Below, one piece after another: positions 42,383 through 54,639 of a stretch of DNA of 64,000 nt. The translations under genes and the position numbers were made by a program. A model generated the notes under the pieces. It made no database searches. It was not told the origin of the DNA and saw only the letters and a program-made list of their open reading frames with translations. Origin of the DNA: the human T2T-CHM13v2.0 reference genome, Homo sapiens; assembly GCF_009914755.1 (NCBI RefSeq), contig NC_060938.1. One strand, written 5' to 3'. The number at the start of each line of letters is the position of its first letter. Positions within the stretch are counted from its first letter, which is position 1.

Positions 42383-42508
42383 GTATTTTTAGTAGAGACG
42401 GGGTTTCACCGTGTTAGCCAGGATGGTCTCGATCTCCTGACCTCGTGATCTGCCCACCTCAGCCTCCCAAAGTGCTGGAATTACAGGCGTGAGCCACTGC
42501 AACCAGCC
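42383..42508 (-). mobile_element. Alu left monomer only (AluY/Sc-like), no poly(A) tail, perfect TSD
   Basis: Runs from the middle linker (GTATTTTTAGTAGAG) to the Alu 5' end. Flanked by CAAAAAGATACTTT at 42369-42382 and 42509-42522. Confidence 0.92.
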
Positions 42509-42569
42509 CAAAAAGATACTTTAAAGGGATTCATGAGAAACTATTAACAATGCATAATGGCCATGAACT

Positions 42570-42920
42570 GTGTCATTCAGATATGCTACTACAGGGAGCA
42601 TCACTGGCTTATGGCCCCAGCCACCATCCCTCTGGATCTCTACCACTATATTTGTGCCAAGGCCAACGTCCCACAGGCTGCTCCTACACAATGACTAAGT
42701 AGGAGCACTAAGATTAGGGCACTAAGACAAACCCATCCCAGCAAACCAGGAAGCTTCTCTTATAAGAGACTCCCCATCATTATTAGCCCAGCTGACCTTT
42801 CTTGGAACTAGGCTGCAGTCTGACACTTCTATCCAATCCTATTTCCTTCTCTCTCCTTCCACAGGTTACAGACATACACATCTAATCCCATTTTGGTGGC
42901 TGCACCTCAGTGGGCCACAG
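42570..42920 (+). mobile_element. ERVL solo LTR, LTR16-like
   Basis: GGCCCCAGCCACC...CCCACAGGCTGCTCC...GCTGCAGTCTGACACTTC...TCTAATCCCATTTTGGTGGCTGC. Approximate. Confidence 0.65.
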
Positions 42921-42992
42921 GGGTGAGAGATGAGGCAGCTTTGAGAATGGCATTATTATTTTTGAACCACATATTATATAGTCAAAAATTTA

Positions 42993-43329
<337 letters not shown>

Positions 43330-44336
43330 TCAAAGTGTTATCTATCCCAGGGTCTCCTGCAGCTAAGTCCTCTCCTGGGAGTCACTCCTGATCCACTAAA
43401 AAAGTATAACTCTTGGGGGTCCAGGAATCTTCATTTAAAGGTCCTAAGATAATACTGAAATACATAGTTAAAGGACCAGAGGGTTAAACTATAAGATGAG
43501 CATGAACTGGACCAAAATATAAACGTGTAAAGTGAACTGAAGGAACGAAATGGCCATTACACTTACATGTTGATTAAATTATGCAGCTCATCCTAAACAA
43601 AGAATATGTGGGATGGGTGAAAGCAAAACAAAGCAAAACTAGAAAGAAGGATCAAGCAGCCAAACATAACTTTTCCAAGCTTCTTCTAGGACAGAGGGAG
43701 CAATACTCAAAGGACCTCCAGTATTCTGGTTCCATTTATAAAACCAATTCTTCCCTAAGAAGGATAGCTCAGGCTATCTTCCTGCTTCCATTAAATATTA
43801 AATAAAACCTCATCCCATTTATTTGATTACCTGTCTCCAAGCGACTTTGTAATAATAATTTAGGTTTCCCACACAGTTCTGCCTATAGGAAGAGATTGAT
43901 AGTTTCTAAAGAAAAAATACTCTATGATATCAGATAAGAGCATGAAAAACACTGTATTTTACACATAATTGAATTCATTCAAATTATGCTATTCTTTTAA
44001 CTCACTATCCATTTCTAGAAATGCTTATATTTATTTCACTTTCATTCTCCTTTAATTGTCTGACCCATTATGTTCCAATCAAAACTAAATTCTAGGAAGT
44101 ACTTGTGTACAGCCTTATTGTGAATCTTGTTTTGCCAAAATAGTGAATAGAAAACCAAGTCTTGTTAATTATAAATGCTGAGATCTCTATTTCTATTAAA
44201 GAATGCAAGACTATGAAGTTCACTGAGTTGTTAGAATTATTGCTTTAAAGTGGACATTATTTTTAATTATTTGGTATCATTGTGATGGGATGACAGAAAA
44301 AAATATAGGCACTCTTTTAAGACTATTTCTTTGATA

Positions 44337-44654
44337 TAGTCGTGTGCCACATAACAAAGTTTCATCCAATCACAGATTACATATACCCTGATGGTCCCAT
44401 AAGATTATAATGCTATATTTTTACTGTACATTTTCTATGCTTAGATAGACAAATATTTATCATTATGTTACAATGGCCTACAGTATTAAGTAGAGTAATA
44501 TGCAAGCCTAGGAGCAATAGGCTATCCCATATAGTCTAGGTATGTAGTAGGCTATTATCATCTATGTTTGTGTGTGTGCATGCTATGATGTTCCCACAGT
44601 GACAAAACTGCCTAACGATGCATTTCTTGGAATGTGTCCTCATTGTTAAGTGAA
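44337..44654 (+). mobile_element. Tigger3a (MER7A) TcMar MITE
   Basis: GGTCCCATAAGATTATAAT...AGCCTAGGAGCAATAGGCTAT...GCCTAACGATGCATTTC, diagnostic of Tigger3a. Confidence 0.9.
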
Positions 44655-47057
44655 AGTTTTCTATATGGTCTACATTCTGTGGGCTGACCTTAGTTAGTTA
44701 TTGCATCTGCTTGCGAGTTTACAATTAATGGTCAATTTTTTTTAGTTGACTTTCCAGAATAACTAGCAAAGGCTAGCCACTCAGTTTTAACTTACTTTAT
44801 TCTACAACTTAAAACATTGGTGTTGCCATACCTTGCACTTTGGCTCTACAAAAATGATAATATTTAATGTTTTCTTGAGCCTTTACTCCAAATCTTCAGA
44901 GGCTAAATGACCTGATTCCCTCTACAGGCAAGTGAAGATAAAAATGATGTGCTTTATTTTATAATTGATTCTAGATGGAAAGAGAAGAGAGAGAAAGAAC
45001 TCAATATACTTTAAGTATGCTTTTCATTCTGAATATTTGCAAATGAAATCCGTGATGTAGAATGGAATTCCTATGAAAGCTCTGTTCTCATTATGTCTTT
45101 GGTTTGCCTGCTAGCTTCAGCTGTGTTACTTTTATTGCCGTTTTCAGCAAAAACTCAGAAGAGAAAGGATAGAAACTCAAACAGAATGACTAAATTGTAA
45201 TACAAAGATAATGAACGCCAATGCAACAGGACAGCAAATTAGAAGCCTGGGAAGCTGTTAGCCATAAAAAAAAAAAAGAAGAAGAAGAAGAAAAGAAAAA
45301 GAGTTTTATTTCCACACTTTTGAGGCGTCCTTTGGAAACCAGAAAAACTTAACAATACAGTTAACCCAGTTACTGTCAGAGTGGTTCTACTTTCAAAAGA
45401 AAGCCAGGCTAACATTTTAAACAGCAATTACATTTCATGAAAAGGGAAGAAGAGGGAGTGAGAGGAACATCAAAACCCCAAAAAACATGATGATGACAAA
45501 ACAATCAGAAAACAACTTAAGATCTCTATTCATCTCAGCTTTCTGAAATGAGCATTTCTAGTTCTTGGCACTCTATCAGTCTTGCAAGGACCTGGAGGGT
45601 GGTGGGGCAGGGTGGGTAGCACCAGTGGCTGCCAAAGGGATTCATATGTGAAACAGAAATTCTTGCTTCCCAAGATGAAGTAAAACAAGGGTCGTCCACC
45701 CAGTGAGGAACCAATGAAGTGAGTAAAGGCTCTTTTGTAGCCTTCTCAAGTGACTCCCCAGGAGTCTTAGAGAGAATGGCTCACCTTGAGCTTATCTAGG
45801 AGAGTTTTTCTAGAATAAGTTTTAATCTTCCAAGACACTAAATTAAGATCAAGATTCTTCTGAGTTTGTGGAAGTCATGATATGCCGGGGATTGATTACA
45901 AGTGGAGCATCTCAAAACAATAACAAGTAAATCAAACTCTGGGATAGGCTTTCAAAGCTGCAAAATCCAAATCAGTTTCCCCTGAATATTCCAAGTGATT
46001 TTTTGAGTTTCCAAAGAATTTTCCTCAAGAAAAAAAGCCTCAAAATCCTTAAGATGATCTTCACACATACTTCTGCCAAGATTTTAAATCTGATCAAATA
46101 CATTTAATGAAGAAAATTACTTTTTATAGCAGTTATCTTATTATCATAAAGGTGTTTTGAGAAAATTATTTATGAAACCTCTTTTTTTTTGTTTTAACCC
46201 GGCAAGCTAAACATCTTCCATTTATTTTTAAATGAAGTGAAAATTAGCCAGGTGTGTTAGATAAGCTTTCTATACACAGGTCTAAATATTGACAAAGGCA
46301 GATTTGTCACTGGAAAAATCATCAGTCTAGCAATTATCACGTTAGCATGTGAAGTGGAAAAAGATGTGAAACTTCCAAATGTGTCAATACAGATTATTTC
46401 ATTTCCACTAGCTATCAGCTATACTGTGAACACCAGTTCTTTAATGTACACTGAGCAAGCAGTTCGGCTAAAGAAATTTCTCCTCTGTGCCTGAAAAAAC
46501 TAAAATCACAAGGTAGAAGGTCTGGTGTGGAATCACGTATGTTTCTAACTATTGTTTCAAATGACCTAAAAGAGGGGGATGGGGTACACATGATGACAAA
46601 AGTACTTTTCTGTATTGTTTGATTGTATAAGAACTGTATTTGGACTCCTCTTTCATTGGGTTATGTGAGTGTTTCTCTCAGTTCTCATCAGTCCCAACCC
46701 CACAGGCCTTTCAGGAACACCTGTAAAGTCCTATCACATTACTATACTGTGGCACGGGGAAAATACAGATTATCTCAGTAATAATTATCTTGTTGCACAC
46801 TTTAGACTTCTATGGACTGCACTTGAAGGTGAGAGAGATTGCCACTAATTTTTGGTGTTAAGAAAGAAACAGGTGTACGTAAGAGTAAATTCAGGCAACA
46901 TGAACATTCCTTTTTGTCATTAGAGGATTGAGTAACAAAGTAAGATAATGCTGTCCATGCTAGAACATTCCTAAATATATCCCTTGATGGATATATGCTC
47001 TCCCAAAATATGGCACCTTGGCATTTGAGGAAACAGCTGAAGCAAAAGTCTCTCTGA

Positions 47058-47305
47058 GGCCAAGGCAGGAGGATCACCTGAGGTTGGGAGCCCGAGACCA
47101 GCCTGGCCAACATGGTGAAACTCTGCCTCTACTAAAAATTAAAAAATTAGCTGGGCATGGTGGTGGGCATCTGTAGTCCCAGTTACTTGGGAGCCTGAGG
47201 CACAAGGATCGCTTGAACCTGGGAGGCAGAGGTTGCAGGAGCTGAGATCACGCCACTGCACTCCAGTCTGGGCAGCAGAGCCAGACTCCATCTCAAAGAA
47301 AAAAA
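47058..47305 (+). mobile_element. 5'-truncated AluS nested in LTR
   Basis: Starts at GGCCAAGGCAGG. Perfect TSD AAAAGTCTCTCTGA at 47044-47057 and 47306-47319. Confidence 0.93.
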
Positions 47306-47384
47306 AAAAGTCTCTCTGATTTTCCCCTACCCTTGTCTGACATACACCACAAATGCTCTGATCTTCCTCTAAAATATGTCATAA

Positions 47385-47525
47385 GGCCAGATGTGGTGGC
47401 TCACACCTGTAATTCCAACACTTCAGGAAGTTGAGGCAAGAAAATTGCTTGAGCTTTGGAGATTGGGACCAGCCTGAGCAACATAATGACACCCCATCTC
47501 CATTTTTAAAAATCAAAAAATTTAA
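47385..47525 (+). mobile_element. FLAM/Alu monomer nested in LTR
   Basis: GGCCAGATGTGGTGGCTCACACCTGTAAT..., monomer with degenerate TSD ...GTCATAA. Confidence 0.85.
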
Positions 47526-48198
47526 AAGTGGGTCATAAGACTCTCGTATGCCCTATACACAGAAGAAAGGAATATCACACAGGGAGGGACACAGAGAAGA
47601 ATTTGAGCAAACAGATTCTTGCTAAGTTCCCCCCAGTTTATTACCATTGGATTATACCCCCTTTTGTCTAATCATATTTCCCCACAACTTCTTTACCAAA
47701 CTTGGCATAAAAATACACAATTTTCTCTCTTTCTTTGGGCCTCCATTTCTAAAGATTCCATGTCACCTATAACTTATATTAAATAAATTTGTTATGCTTT
47801 TCTCTCGTTAATCTATCTTTTGTTATAAGGGTCTCAGTTATGAACCTAGCAATGCGTGAAAAAAAGAAATGTTTCTCCTTTACATTCTCATGGACACATT
47901 TTTGTCCCTTTTGCCTTCCCCCTTTTCTATTTTTCTATCCACATCTCTCTTCTTCCTGTGCCTCAGTGTTGTTTCCATTTACTAAGCCACCACTCCTTTT
48001 CTTGCTTGGTGTTCATTGATCCTCATCTTGCTGCTAATCACAATTCCTTCCTGGTTTCACCAAACTCCCAGACACTAGCTTTTCAAATCTCTAAAAACAT
48101 GGAGGTCATTCTCTCTGTCCAAGAGTGGCATGTTGAAACTCCCCAGTGAGTTTTCCTATATTTTTTTAAATATTGTTTTCTGAATTCCCATTTAGTTT

Positions 48199-48820
48199 TG
48201 TAAGGGCTGAAAGGTGTGATATCTTTCCTCACCCGTTATAATCATCACAGCCAACACTCCTATAACAAAAACCAGGATAACAAGAAAAAAACATATTTCT
48301 TTAATCAAACTTTTACATGACATAGGAGGCTTCAGAAATGAAAACCTAAAAATCCAGGGAAAATAATTTGTTTTTATACTTAGGTTCAATGAAGAATAGA
48401 CAGCTGTGTAGAAATGTGATTAGACAAAAGGGTATGATCTAATGGTAACAGACTGAGGGAGGAGATCCAGCAAAGCCTGCTTGTTCAGATTCTTCTTGGC
48501 CTCTCTGTGCAACATTCTTCCTCCCAGATTTGGGCCAGGATCCTTATGGAATGAGGGCCTTCAAGAGAGAATGGAAAAGGGAAAGAGTAGACTTTCTAGG
48601 ATTGATGGCTTGCTTTGGGGGAGAAGGATTCTAGTTTCTATGACCCACATTAGGGAAATGGAATTCTGGTCTCTATGACTCGCTTCAGGGGAGAAGGAGG
48701 GGCAGGAGGCAGGAGGGCAGAAGAAGGGCAAAGAGAGGCTATGCTTCTGGGGCTGTTTCTGAGGCCTTCCAGTCTCCTTTAGCTCAAAGTACTCAGTTCA
48801 AAGTATCATTTTCTGATACA
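48199..48820 (-). mobile_element. ERV1 solo LTR, MER34/MER39 group
   Basis: TG...CA termini with perfect 4-bp TSD GTTT. Shares blocks with the 35458 MER39 (ATAGACAGC...GACAAAAGGGTATGATCTAA; GGATTCTAGTTTCTAT). Confidence 0.87.
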
Positions 48821-48859
48821 GTTTCAACTTAGTATTTGGTTGCCCTAGTGGTCTTCACT

Positions 48860-49875
48860 TTGTAACAATTTACTTACTCCTTAAGCTTTTATAATCTTTT
48901 CTCTGCCTTTCTACTTTGCAGAAATTTCTCTCTTAAAGGTCACCAATTGCTTCCTCATCACAGAATCTAATGACACTGGAGGCCACTCATCTTTTTCTGC
49001 AAGATTGGACCCTCTTGGCTCTTTGTTGAACCTTTCTCTACCTTTTTGCACTGAAACACTGTACTCTCCTGACCACTCCTGTTTCCTACTTATCCCACTT
49101 TGAGAAGGTAAGAATCTCCACAGTTCTGTTTTTGGCTCAGGCCTTTCAGTCTCACTGTATTTCCATATAGTGGGTGGAAATGAGTGATGATGGCTTGATG
49201 GCTCCAAAACTTCCATTTCTGATCCCAACCTCTCATAGATAAGAAGTCCCAAGTGTTTGCTGAGAATCTCCACCTAAGTATCTTTCTTGCATCTCAAATC
49301 CAGTAGGCATTACTGCATAAATAAATGCATTATCAATCTACCTCTTCAAGTAACCTTCCACAACTACCTCTATTAACATGACCACCAATCATATAAGTCT
49401 GATTCATGTCATCATGAACTCCCAACTTCATTCTCCATATCCTATAAGTTCCTGAGACATGGACTCTTCCACTCTGGTATCTTTCTATCCTATTGCCACC
49501 ATTCTAGTTCAAGTGTTTCTTTTCTTTGCCTGGACCAGTGGTCAGCAAAATGAACCAACAGCATCAGAATTACCTGGAAACTTGTAAGAAATACAAATCC
49601 TCAAACCCCACCTCATACCCACTTAGTCTGAAACTCTGGGGATGAGACCAGCAGTCTGTGTTTTAACTGGACTCCGATAACTCTGATATGCACTAAAATT
49701 TGAGAACATAAAGTATTGCAGATGACTTTTATTTGGCCTTCCTGTCTCCAGTCTCTTCTTTCCCATGCCACTCTAAGAATTACCTTTCTAAAGAGTAACT
49801 CTGATCATGCCACTTCCTTGATAGAAACATTTGACCCTTTATTGTCAAATAAAAGCCAAACTCCTCATTATGACA
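48860..49875 (+). mobile_element. L2 relic, interrupted by MER5A
   Basis: AAAGGTCACCAAT...ATGGCTCCAAAACTTCCATTTC...CTCTGATCATGCCACTTCC, L2-like. Confidence 0.65.
49535..49710 (+). mobile_element. MER5A MITE
   Basis: CAGCATCAGAATTACCTGGAAACTTGTAAGAAATACAAATCCTC...GAAACTCTGGGGATG...CTGTGTTTTAAC...AAATTTGAGAAC. Confidence 0.88.
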
Positions 49876-49883
49876 TCTGAATG

Positions 49884-52745
49884 TAAAAAGCTCAACAAGT
49901 TAGAAATAGAAAGGAACTTCCTTAGCAAAAAAAAAAGACATCTATGAGAAACCTACAAACATCACACTTAATGGTAAAAACTGAATGCTTTTCCCCCCAA
50001 GATCAGGAAATAGATGAGATAGCTACTCTTCCCACTCCTATGCAACATGATACAGTAGGTTCTAGCCAGTGCAGTCAGGCAAGAAAAAGCAAGTAAATAA
50101 TATAGATTCGATTTTAAAAAGAAAGAAAAAAACACAGATTGAAAAGAAAGAAGTAAAACTGTTTTTATGCACAAATTATATGATCCTAAAGGATCTTTTT
50201 TTTTTTTTTTATTTTACATTCCAAGATACATGTGCAGGTTTGTTACATAGGTAAATGTGTGCCATGGTGGTTTGCTGTACCTCTCAACCCATCACCTAGG
50301 TATTAAGCTTGGTAAGCATATTTTTCCTGATGCTCTGCCTCTCCCCGCCCCCCACCCCCAACAGGCCCCAATGTGTGTTGTTCCCCTCCCTGTGTCCATG
50401 TGTTCTCATTTGTCAGCCCCCACTTACAAGTGAGAACATGCAGTGTTTGGTTTTCTGTTCCTGCGTTAGTTTGCTGAGGATAATGGCTTCCAGCTCTATC
50501 CATGTCCCTGCAAAGGACATGATCTCATTCCTTTTTATGGCTGCATAGTATTCCATGGTGTATATATACCACATTTTCTCTATCCACTTTATCATTGATG
50601 AGCATTTGGGTCGATTTCATGTCTTTGAACTTGTGAATAGTGCTGCAATGAACATACACATACATGTATATTTATAACAGAATGATTTATATTCCTTTGA
50701 GTTATACCCAGTAATGGGATTGCTGGGTCAAATGGCATTTCTGGTTCTAGCTCTTTGAGGAATCACCACACTGTCTTCCACAATGGTTGAACTAATTTAC
50801 GTTCCCACCAATAGTGTAAAAGCGTTCCTATTTCTCTACAGCCTCACCAGCATCTGTTGTTTCTTGACTTTTTAATAATTATCATTCTGACTGGTGTGAG
50901 ATGGTATCTCATTGTGGTTTTGATCCGCATTTCTCTAATGATCAGTTACGCTGAGCTTTTTTCATATGTTTGTTGGCCACATAAATGTCTACTAAAACTA
51001 ATAAATAAATTTAAAAGGCCACAGGATATGAGATCAATATGCAAAAATCAACTATTTTAGTTCTATGTAATAGCAACAAACACCAAAAGTAAAATTAAGA
51101 AATGATTTCATTCCCAATAAAATCAATAAAAATAAAATATTTAGTAATAAGTTTAACAAAAGAAGTGGAAAACTTATACTCTGAAAATTGTAAAACAGAC
51201 TGAAAGAAATTAAAGATCTAAATAAATAAAGTTACATTCCATGTTCATAAACTGGAAGCTTCAATATTGTTAATATAGTAACATATCCCAAATTGTTCTG
51301 TGGATTCAATGCAATCCCAGTCAAGATCCCAGCAGTCATTTTTGTAGAAATTGACAAGCTGATCCTAAAATTCATATAAAAATTCAAAGAACCCAAAGTA
51401 GCCAAAATAATTTTTAAAAAGAACAAATTTAGAGAACGTATACTACTCAACTTCAAAACTTAATATAAAACTACAATAATGACAACAGTGTGATAGGTAT
51501 AAAGGCAAATATATAAATCAGTGGAAAAGAATTCAGAGTCAGAAATAAATCCTGACATTTATGGTCAATTGAGTCGTTATGGGTACTATGATTTTTTTCA
51601 AAAAATGTTACTAGGGCAAATAGATGCCACATGCAACAAAACGAATTTAGACCCTTACCTTACACCTTACACAAAAATTTCCTTGAAACACATCAAATAC
51701 CTAATTGGAAGAGCAAAAGTTATAAAACTTCTAAAAGAAACCATAGGAGAAACTCCTGGATATAAGCAGAAAATTCTTAGATATGACACTAAAAGCATGA
51801 TCCAGAAAAGAAAAAAAAAAATGACAAATTGGGCTTCAGCAAAATTAAAACATTTTACTTTCAAAAGTTACCAATAAGAAAAATAAAAAGACAAATTACA
51901 GACTAGGAGAAAGTATATGCCAATCATGTGCCTGAAAAAAATGGATAATAGGCAAATGACAACATTCTCAATGTTATTAGTCATTAGGGAAATACAAATT
52001 AAAATCACAGCAAAATGGCATACCCACACATTAAAATGACCAATCAAAAAGAGTGACAATACTAGATATTGATGATAATATGAAGAAATTGGAACCCTCA
52101 CACATTGCTGGAAAGAATGTGAAATGTTACAGCCGTTTGAAAAACAGTTTGGCAGTTTTTAAAAAGTTAAACCTAGAGTTACCAGATGACCTAGCAATGC
52201 CACTCCTAGGCATATACCCAAAAGAAATGAAAACATACATTGACACAAAACTTGTACAGAAATGTCCATAGCATTATTTATAATAGCCAAAAATTGGAAG
52301 CAATACAAATGTCCGTTGACATGAATGGAAAAAACCAACGGGATAAGCATATCCATACAATGAAATGCTATTGCGCAATGAAAAGGAATGAGCTTTTGAT
52401 ACACACTACAACTTGGTTGAACCCCTAAAACAGTATGCTAAGTGAAAGAAGTCAAAAATAAAAAACTGCAAATTGTACAGTTCCATTTATATGAAATTTC
52501 CAGGAAAGGCAAATTTATAGAGACTGGGAGCAGATAAATGGCTGCCTGGAGCCGGGTGGGGGGTGGGTACTGACTGCAAATGAGCATAAGAAAACTTCTT
52601 GGGGTGAGAAAAATGTTCTAAAATTGAATCACAGTGAAATTTACCCAAAACTCTATAAAGTTGCTAAAAAATCATTGAATTGTACACTTACAATGGGTGA
52701 ATTTCATGGTATGTAAATTATGTCTCAATGGAGCTATTTTTAAAG
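49884..52745 (+). mobile_element. L1MB-like ORF2/3'UTR fragment, interrupted by an antisense L1PA
   Basis: Decayed ORF2 (ORF 51521-51877 contains NLDPYLTPYTKI). L1MB-type 3' end (TGTACACTTACAATGGGTGAATTTCATGGTATGTAAATTAT). Confidence 0.9.
50196..50990 (-). mobile_element. 5'-truncated L1PA (about PA8-PA10) 3' end
   Basis: Poly-T then CATGTGCAGGTTTGTTACATAGGTAAA. The minus-strand ORF 50413-50595 is the L1 ORF2 C-terminus (WYIYTMEYYAAIK). Confidence 0.93.
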
Positions 52746-52992
52746 AATTATTTTAAAACTCTTAAAAAAACACACATAAAATCACTTACATAAATTATGT
52801 ACCATAAGTTCTGTTCTATTTGTTCTGCAGCAGTGTAAAAACCACATATTTCGCTAAGGTTGAAAATAAGTATGAAGAGAATTAAGAACATTTTGTTATG
52901 TTAACCCATGACGGCACTTTAGTTAATGTCATTGTTACTCAGTTGCTTTTCTGTTTAATGGCTTATGCCAGCTAGTTTATTCATATCATACC

Positions 52993-53485
52993 TGTGGTGG
53001 TTAATTTTAAGTGTCAACTTGACTGGGCTAACAGATGCCCAGATGGCTGGTAAAACATTATTTCTGGTGAGTCTGTGAAGGTGTTTCCAGAAGAGGTGAG
53101 CAATTGAATCAGCAAACTAAACAAAGATTGTCCTCATCAATGTAGGTGAGCATCAGCTAACCCAGGAAGGGCCTGAACAGAACAAAAAGGCAGAGGAAGA
53201 CTGAATTTGCTCTCTCTTCTTGAGCTGGGACACCCACCTTCTCCTGCCCTCAGACATTGGCGCTCCTGGTTCTCAGGCCTTCAGATGCAGACTGAGACTT
53301 ACACCATTGATTCTTCTGGTTCTTAGGCCTTTGCGCTGGAGTTACAATGACACCACCAGTTTTCTGGTTCTCCAGCTTCCAGACAACAGATTGTAGACTT
53401 AGCCTCCATAATTGTGTGAGCCGGTCCCTCATAGTAAATCTCTTCCTATATATCCATATATGTCTTATTGGTTCTGACTAATACG
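52993..53485 (+). mobile_element. ERVL solo LTR MLT2
   Basis: TGTGGTGGTTAATTTTAAGTGTCAACTTGACTGGGCTAA...CTCCATAATTGTGTGAGCC...CTGACTAATAC. TSD ATACC/ATACA. Confidence 0.92.
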
Positions 53486-54639
53486 ATACATAAGCTGTAT
53501 TTCATCACTTGGTAAAAGTTTTCTTACTCTCAATATTTTAGCCATGGTTAGTTATGGTTTCTTTATTACTAACTGTGATTATTTGGAAAGAATATTTAAA
53601 AGAAAGTCTTTTTCTCTCTGTGAAAATCTCCCCAGAACAATGTCCCATAACTTCTGTGCATTTCTGTCATGCTATTTGTTCTCTTTCTTCTGCCCTACTA
53701 CCTCCTCTTCTCTCACCTGGTTCAGAATTTCTGAGACAAATAGAAGAAATCAGTAATATCCTCAAGTTAGGGAAACAACTATGCTTCAGCATGGTTTCTC
53801 CCCACTGTGCCATACTGCCTGTATGAAGACCAGAGAACAAATGCAGTAAAATTCTAATAAGACTCAATAAATAAAATCTGAAAATATAATCATGTAAAAT
53901 GCACATGCATTATTGTGAAATAAATAAATAGACCAGGAGTGGCTACTGCCTACCGAGCCAAACAGAAATTCCTATGAATCTGGCTATGCATTCCAAGCCC
54001 ACTTGGTTCTAGCAGCATTTTGTCATAAAATTGTTGTGGTTTTCTACTCTACCTTAATTTTAAGTGGAGATAATTTGGAGCCCTGTAGCTAGCTAGAATG
54101 ACAAAAGAGTGGCAGTGATTCCAGGAACCCCCGATTGGTTGGTATACACTTTATCAACCTGATCTAAAGAGATTATGTAGAAAGAATACTGAGAATGTAG
54201 GGGTCTGTTTTTGCCTCCAATTCCCAAGAGCTGCCTGGATATCTCCACCCAATATTGTTCCTTCTCACACCTTACATTCTTCCTCCATGCTCAAAAGACA
54301 AGAATTTAGCCCACCCAATTTGTGAATGAGGGGTATAAGGAGAATGGGAGTCAACTGCCTATTGTGTTACATCTGAATGCACATTATCATTGTGAGTGTA
54401 ATTGTAGAGTTTTACTAGATCTAGCAATCAAAAGAAAATTTTGAATCCAGTACAGAAAAGTTATAAGATATCTAATTCAAAGTTAAACAAAAAGTATTCT
54501 TCTAGTGCTAGTCATTGTGGTTGACTTAGCAAGATGATATGTCTAAGTTAATCATGGTAACCCATTTCTCGTTTCAATTACTGGTTTAAAATTGGCACGT
54601 GACTCAGTACAGCCATTAAATATGAGAGAAGTCAAGTGG

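Larger units (their letters stand above)
40480..42550 (+). mobile_element. Old L1M (L1MC/ME-like) ORF2-3' fragment, interrupted by THE1, (TG)n and an Alu
   Basis: Decayed ORF2 motifs (ATTCTAAAGTGTATTTGGAAAA, TACTAGAAGAAAACCTAGGAGAAT, CCTTTGACCCAGCA). Confidence 0.75.
46985..47884 (+). mobile_element. ERV1 solo LTR, MER34 group, interrupted by an Alu and a FLAM
   Basis: CCCAAAATATGGCACCTTGGCATTTGAGGAAACAGC start, homologous to the 23055 LTR. 3' part CTTATATTAAATAAATTTGTTATGCTTTTCTCTC...TACA. Confidence 0.82.
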
